The translations under genes were made by a program, and so were the position numbers. Source: Bacillota bacterium (GTDB lineage: Bacteria; Bacillota_I; Bacilli_A; RFN20; CAG-826). From it: a stretch of DNA of 64,000 bases. The DNA is taken from the NCBI GenBank assembly GCA_023393065.1, contig JAEWMX010000005.1, forward strand, positions 9,566-73,565, read 5' to 3'. The first letter of the stretch is position 1, and every line of letters begins with the position of its first letter. Below, piece after piece: positions 60,667 to 64,000 of this stretch. Below the pieces are notes generated by a model. It worked only from the letters and a program-made list of their open reading frames with translations. It ran no database searches and was not told the DNA's origin.

Positions 60667-60936
60667 ATGAGCCATATGTAATTTTTTGAATTACTCGATA
60701 TTTTGATGTGTGGATAACAGCGATAATAAGTGATTTCTTTTTGCTATTGTTTTTGTTCTAATAAAAAAGTACAATCTTGAAAACTCAGGCATTTTGTTTT
60801 GAAAAGAAATGTTGAATCGACTTGGCGCAATCAGATTATTTTCCGCTTTTTCAACTATCAAGGCACATTGATTGTAGAAATGACAAATAACGAAAGAAAT
60901 GTTTAAATAATATAACATCGGAGCATACAACCTTAT

Positions 60937-61404
60937 ATGAGACAAAATTTGGCGGCATACCTCAAAAAGACCATCCTCACGGCGATAATTGCACTTGCCG
61001 TGGCTTTGACGCTGCTATTGTTTGGCTCTTTGTTAATTTTTTTGCAGGCGCGATACGAGAACCGGTCGTGGATATTTATCCCAGGGGCATTATACAGCGG
61101 GTTTTTTCTATGTGCGATTCTATATTTGACGCGAGCGGTCATATTGCCTATGCGGCAGTTTAACAAGCTTTTGACATCGTCACGCGAATCTCGAATAATT
61201 GAATATCTTGTTTGTGACCTTGTCAACGACAAGATGTTGTTTTTTGGGATGGCGTTTGATGAATTGTTACTGAAAACCGCTGATGGAGCACGGACAGTTT
61301 ACGCCCCCTCACGATTCCGAAAATACATTTTCGAAAGCGAAAGCCGCATCCTTGTTCTTAAAAATGATTATGTCATCGACATCGGTGGTCCGGCACATGA
61401 TTAG
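60937..61404 (+). CDS. hypothetical membrane protein (2 TM + ~80-aa cytoplasmic tail)
   Basis: 155-aa ORF with two hydrophobic helices. No motif recognised. Confidence 0.5.
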   Translation: MRQNLAAYLKKTILTAIIALAVALTLLLFGSLLIFLQARYENRSWIFIPGALYSGFFLCAILYLTRAVILPMRQFNKLLTSSRESRIIEYLVCDLVNDKMLFFGMAFDELLLKTADGARTVYAPSRFRKYIFESESRILVLKNDYVIDIGGPAHD

Positions 61405-62050
61405 TAAAAGAAAATTCGTTCATTTTATTGAATATAACGTCGGATATTTGCTCTTATTGATGGCCGTTAGCTTCTTGTCTTGGTATGGGATAGCGCGCGC
61501 ATATACGGCGTCGCATGAAGACGAACGAATTGATTTCTTCATCATGAGCAGCACTATCGTTGATGAATCTTTTGAACACGACCTCAAAGAGGAGCTAAAC
61601 GACGAAGGTTTATTGGAAGTTAATATTTATCCCGTCAGCCCTACGGATTCCGATAGAGTCAGTCTGTATGAGCGGCTTGGCGCCACTAGCGACATGCTCA
61701 TATTGCGAGGCCAAGATTTGCGCGACATGCAAGAGGCTATAGACATTAATTGTTTGGCACTGCCAAGCTCACTGGTGAGCGAATTGTGGCCAACCTCTTA
61801 CGGAGAAAACGAATTGTTTAATTATGAGTCCAGCAATTATGCGTTTAAAGTGTATGATGCCGGAGACGGTGCATTTAACGAAACCCATCGCTTTACCTCC
61901 TTTTGCGAGTTTAATACCGATGTAACAGGCGACAACGACTATTACCTGCTTTTTAATAAAACTAGCGTTAATCTCGGTTCTTTTGTGGAAAATGCGCAAA
62001 GCGATTTAGCGGTAAAAGCCGCGCAGTTCTTTTTTTCAAGGTATCATTGA
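61397..62050 (+). CDS. hypothetical membrane-anchored protein
   Basis: Start taken at the internal ATG (MISKRKFVHFIEYNVGYLLLLMAVSFLSW), which overlaps the upstream stop (ATGATTAG). It has a single N-terminal TM followed by an acidic domain. Confidence 0.5.
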   Translation: MISKRKFVHFIEYNVGYLLLLMAVSFLSWYGIARAYTASHEDERIDFFIMSSTIVDESFEHDLKEELNDEGLLEVNIYPVSPTDSDRVSLYERLGATSDMLILRGQDLRDMQEAIDINCLALPSSLVSELWPTSYGENELFNYESSNYAFKVYDAGDGAFNETHRFTSFCEFNTDVTGDNDYYLLFNKTSVNLGSFVENAQSDLAVKAAQFFFSRYH

Positions 62051-62053
62051 GAT

Positions 62054-62845
62054 ATGAGTTATGAGGTACTTCCGAAAAGTAGATTCGCCCAAATCAAAGA
62101 ATTTTTGCACACGCGGTTTTTTGATTTTGTGACACTCAGTCTATTTGTGTCTTTATGCGCCTTACCGGCAATCTTGTGGCTGGTTTTTACTGGATATGCC
62201 GCTCTCCCTCCTAATCATTTTCTGTCAGTGCTTTTCGTGCGCGGACCTCTTGTTATTGGGATTATGATAATAGGAGTCGGCATGGCGGGAGTGTTTCACT
62301 ATAGCGAACGACTGCTGCACGGTAAAGGGGCTGTCGTCGGGAATGATTTTATCGCTGGTATTAGACGGCATTGGAGACCGTTTATTTTGATTTATTTCGT
62401 AATCGGAGTCCTATATCTTTTGGTCCATTTAAACGAAGCGCTTATCTACTTTGGCTTGGGCGTCAGTCCTGAAATTCAAGGTGTTTTACTGGCGATTAAC
62501 TGGTTCGTTTTTTATCTTTTTGTGATTGCTTTCGGTTTCATGCAAACGCAGATTGTTTTATATAAATCATCGGTGTGGCAACTGATTAATAACGCCCTGC
62601 GATTCACATTTGGCTCATTATTGAAAAATGCATTGATGGCCATGTTGTGTTTCTTTCCGTTGATGGTGTTCGATTGGGTGCCGTCTCCCATAGCGGAATG
62701 GGTGTCTTTTGGATTTGCCGGATTTGGTTATTTCGCCCTAGCTTCGCTATTCTTTACCGCGTATAGCTACACCCTTTTTGATCGATACATCAACAAAAGA
62801 GCGTTTCCTGACTTGAATAGAAAAGGGCTGAATTGCGATGATTAG
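62054..62845 (+). CDS. polytopic membrane protein, possibly YesL/DUF624-like
   Basis: 263 aa with about 6 TM. The N-terminal pattern and its position next to a glycosidase resemble DUF624. Assigned by eye only. Confidence 0.45.
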   Translation: MSYEVLPKSRFAQIKEFLHTRFFDFVTLSLFVSLCALPAILWLVFTGYAALPPNHFLSVLFVRGPLVIGIMIIGVGMAGVFHYSERLLHGKGAVVGNDFIAGIRRHWRPFILIYFVIGVLYLLVHLNEALIYFGLGVSPEIQGVLLAINWFVFYLFVIAFGFMQTQIVLYKSSVWQLINNALRFTFGSLLKNALMAMLCFFPLMVFDWVPSPIAEWVSFGFAGFGYFALASLFFTAYSYTLFDRYINKRAFPDLNRKGLNCDD

Positions 62846-64000
62846 GTGTTATAGCTCATCGAGAGGACAATCATTTAAGAGCGTTATGATAGAGCGCACC
62901 GACGGTCGTCCCGACATCTTTGTTGACGACATAAGACGCTTTCAACGCCATCTTGGATGCGGTGGGGCCATCACCGATAGCGCGGCTGCTGTTTATCAAC
63001 TGTTAAGTCCCGAACAAAAACGCGAGTTCGTCGAAGCGTGTTACAGCCCCTCGGGTTTAGGTTACAATCTCGGGCGAATCACCATCGGCTCTTGCGACTT
63101 TTCGCCTTATGTGTACGATTATGCCAGCGAAGCCACACTTCAGGATTTTTCACTCAATCATGCAAAAAAGGAGCTATTTCCACTTATTGCGGATGTTTCC
63201 AAGATAACAAATATTAGCCTTATGGCCTCAAGCTGGTCGCCACCTGCGTTTTATAAAAACAACCGCGATAAGTGCCGCGGCGGGTTTTTACTTACTGAGC
63301 ACTATGATGACTATAGCGAGTACATCGTTCGCTTCATTGCATCCGCAAGGCAAGAAGGCATCCCTGTGACGATGATGACGATTCAGAACGAGCCACTGGC
63401 CACCCAAATTTGGGAGTCCTGCCTTTTTACGGCCTCTGAAGAAAAAAAGTTGGCGGTCAATATCAAGCGTAAGCTTGAAGAACGCGGTTTGGGCTTTATC
63501 GAAATCTACGGCTGGGATCATAATCGTGACAAGCTTGTAGAACGCGCTACGGCGCTTTACGAAGGGGAAGGGAAAACAATTTTCGATGGTATGGCATATC
63601 ACTGGTACGACCAAGGAGTCCACGAATCGATAGGCTGTGTCACCGAGTCCCATCCAGAGAAGAAGATTTTATTTACCGAAGGTTGCGTCGAATGGCTACG
63701 CGAAGGGAATTTAAATTCGCGCGATCCGTTTGAAAGTGCACTCCGCTATGCCAAAAACTACATTCTAGACGCCCGCAGTGGCAGCCAAGGCTTCATCGAT
63801 TGGAATATCTTACTTAATGAAGCGGGGGGACCTAACCATGTTGGTAATTACTGCGAAGCCCCAATCATGTATGACCGGATGGAAAAACGGATTATTTATA
63901 AATCTAGTTATGACGCCATTAAGCATTTTTCGCACTTTGTACGTCCTGGCGCCATCCGCATCGAATCGAGCGTCTTAAACGAAAAATTATTGACCGTGGC
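62837..64000 (+). CDS. glycoside hydrolase family 30 (glucosylceramidase-like), 3' end beyond window
   Basis: Translated by eye from ATG 62837: MIRCYSSSRGQSF...GCGGAITDSAA...SSWSPPAFYK...MTIQNEP...ILFTEGC. The frame is open for 388 codons to position 64000. It is absent from the ORF track because no stop falls in the window. Confidence 0.7.

Noticed and set aside
60691-60945. 84-aa ORF on the minus strand downstream of ssrA.
   Set aside because: It lies in an AT-rich spacer and has an Ile/Phe/Asn/Leu-biased sequence. It has no RBS and overlaps the start of the opposing gene. It is most likely non-coding.
61283-61396. 38-codon upstream extension of the 61397-62050 gene, overlapping the preceding ORF by about 120 nt.
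   Set aside because: The internal ATG forms a typical ATGATTAG stop/start overlap and begins directly with the basic-then-hydrophobic membrane anchor. The extension has no such logic.
63288-63653. 121-aa ORF on the minus strand.
   Set aside because: It lies entirely antisense to the GH30 reading frame, which carries clear family motifs. It is a shadow ORF.

Overview
This window is the chromosomal replication-origin region of a mid-GC Bacillota/Mollicutes-like bacterium. It uses the standard genetic code: TGA is a stop (for example the tatD/rnmV ATGA overlap) and Trp is TGG. The coding strand switches at about 15.6-16.1 kb. To the left, on the minus strand, lie dnaA-dnaN-yaaA-recF-gyrB-gyrA, a GT4-like gene, serS, a small SRP RNA, tadA, a lipoprotein gene and psuG-tetR-adh. 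To the right, on the plus strand, lie rpmH-rnpA-yidC-jag-mnmE, then tatD-rnmV-rsmA-ispE-glmU. A 10-kb block on the minus strand follows (ppdK, GT2, a heterodimeric ABC exporter with TetR, and PAP2+DUF368). The plus strand then resumes with pth-mfd-rqcP-tilS-ftsH-dusB-lysS and rpsF-ssb-rpsR-gdpP-rplI-dnaB-yycJ-rlmH. The last 13 kb is the least conserved part. It holds a membrane GGDEF cyclase, a Cof-type HAD, a RimK-like ATP-grasp ligase with UDP-glucose 6-dehydrogenase, and an acidic lipoprotein with a His/Gly/Asn/Asp tail. It also holds two unknown membrane proteins, a lipoprotein endonuclease I, tmRNA, three hypothetical membrane proteins and a truncated GH30 glycosidase. Four elements absent from or mis-started in the ORF track were found by reading the sequence: rpmH, the SRP RNA, tmRNA, and the GH30 ORF that runs off the window. 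Several starts were also corrected (dnaA, tadA, yaaA, ispE, ftsH, tetR, mfd). I saw no CRISPR array, transposase, integrase, rRNA or tRNA. No clearly novel multi-gene system is evident. The best candidates for follow-up are the ATP-grasp/Ugd/HAD locus with its upstream small ORF, the surface module at 55.8-60.1 kb, the PAP2-DUF368 pair, and the mfd gene, which has no canonical start codon. All functional calls rest on motif recognition by eye, not on database searches.
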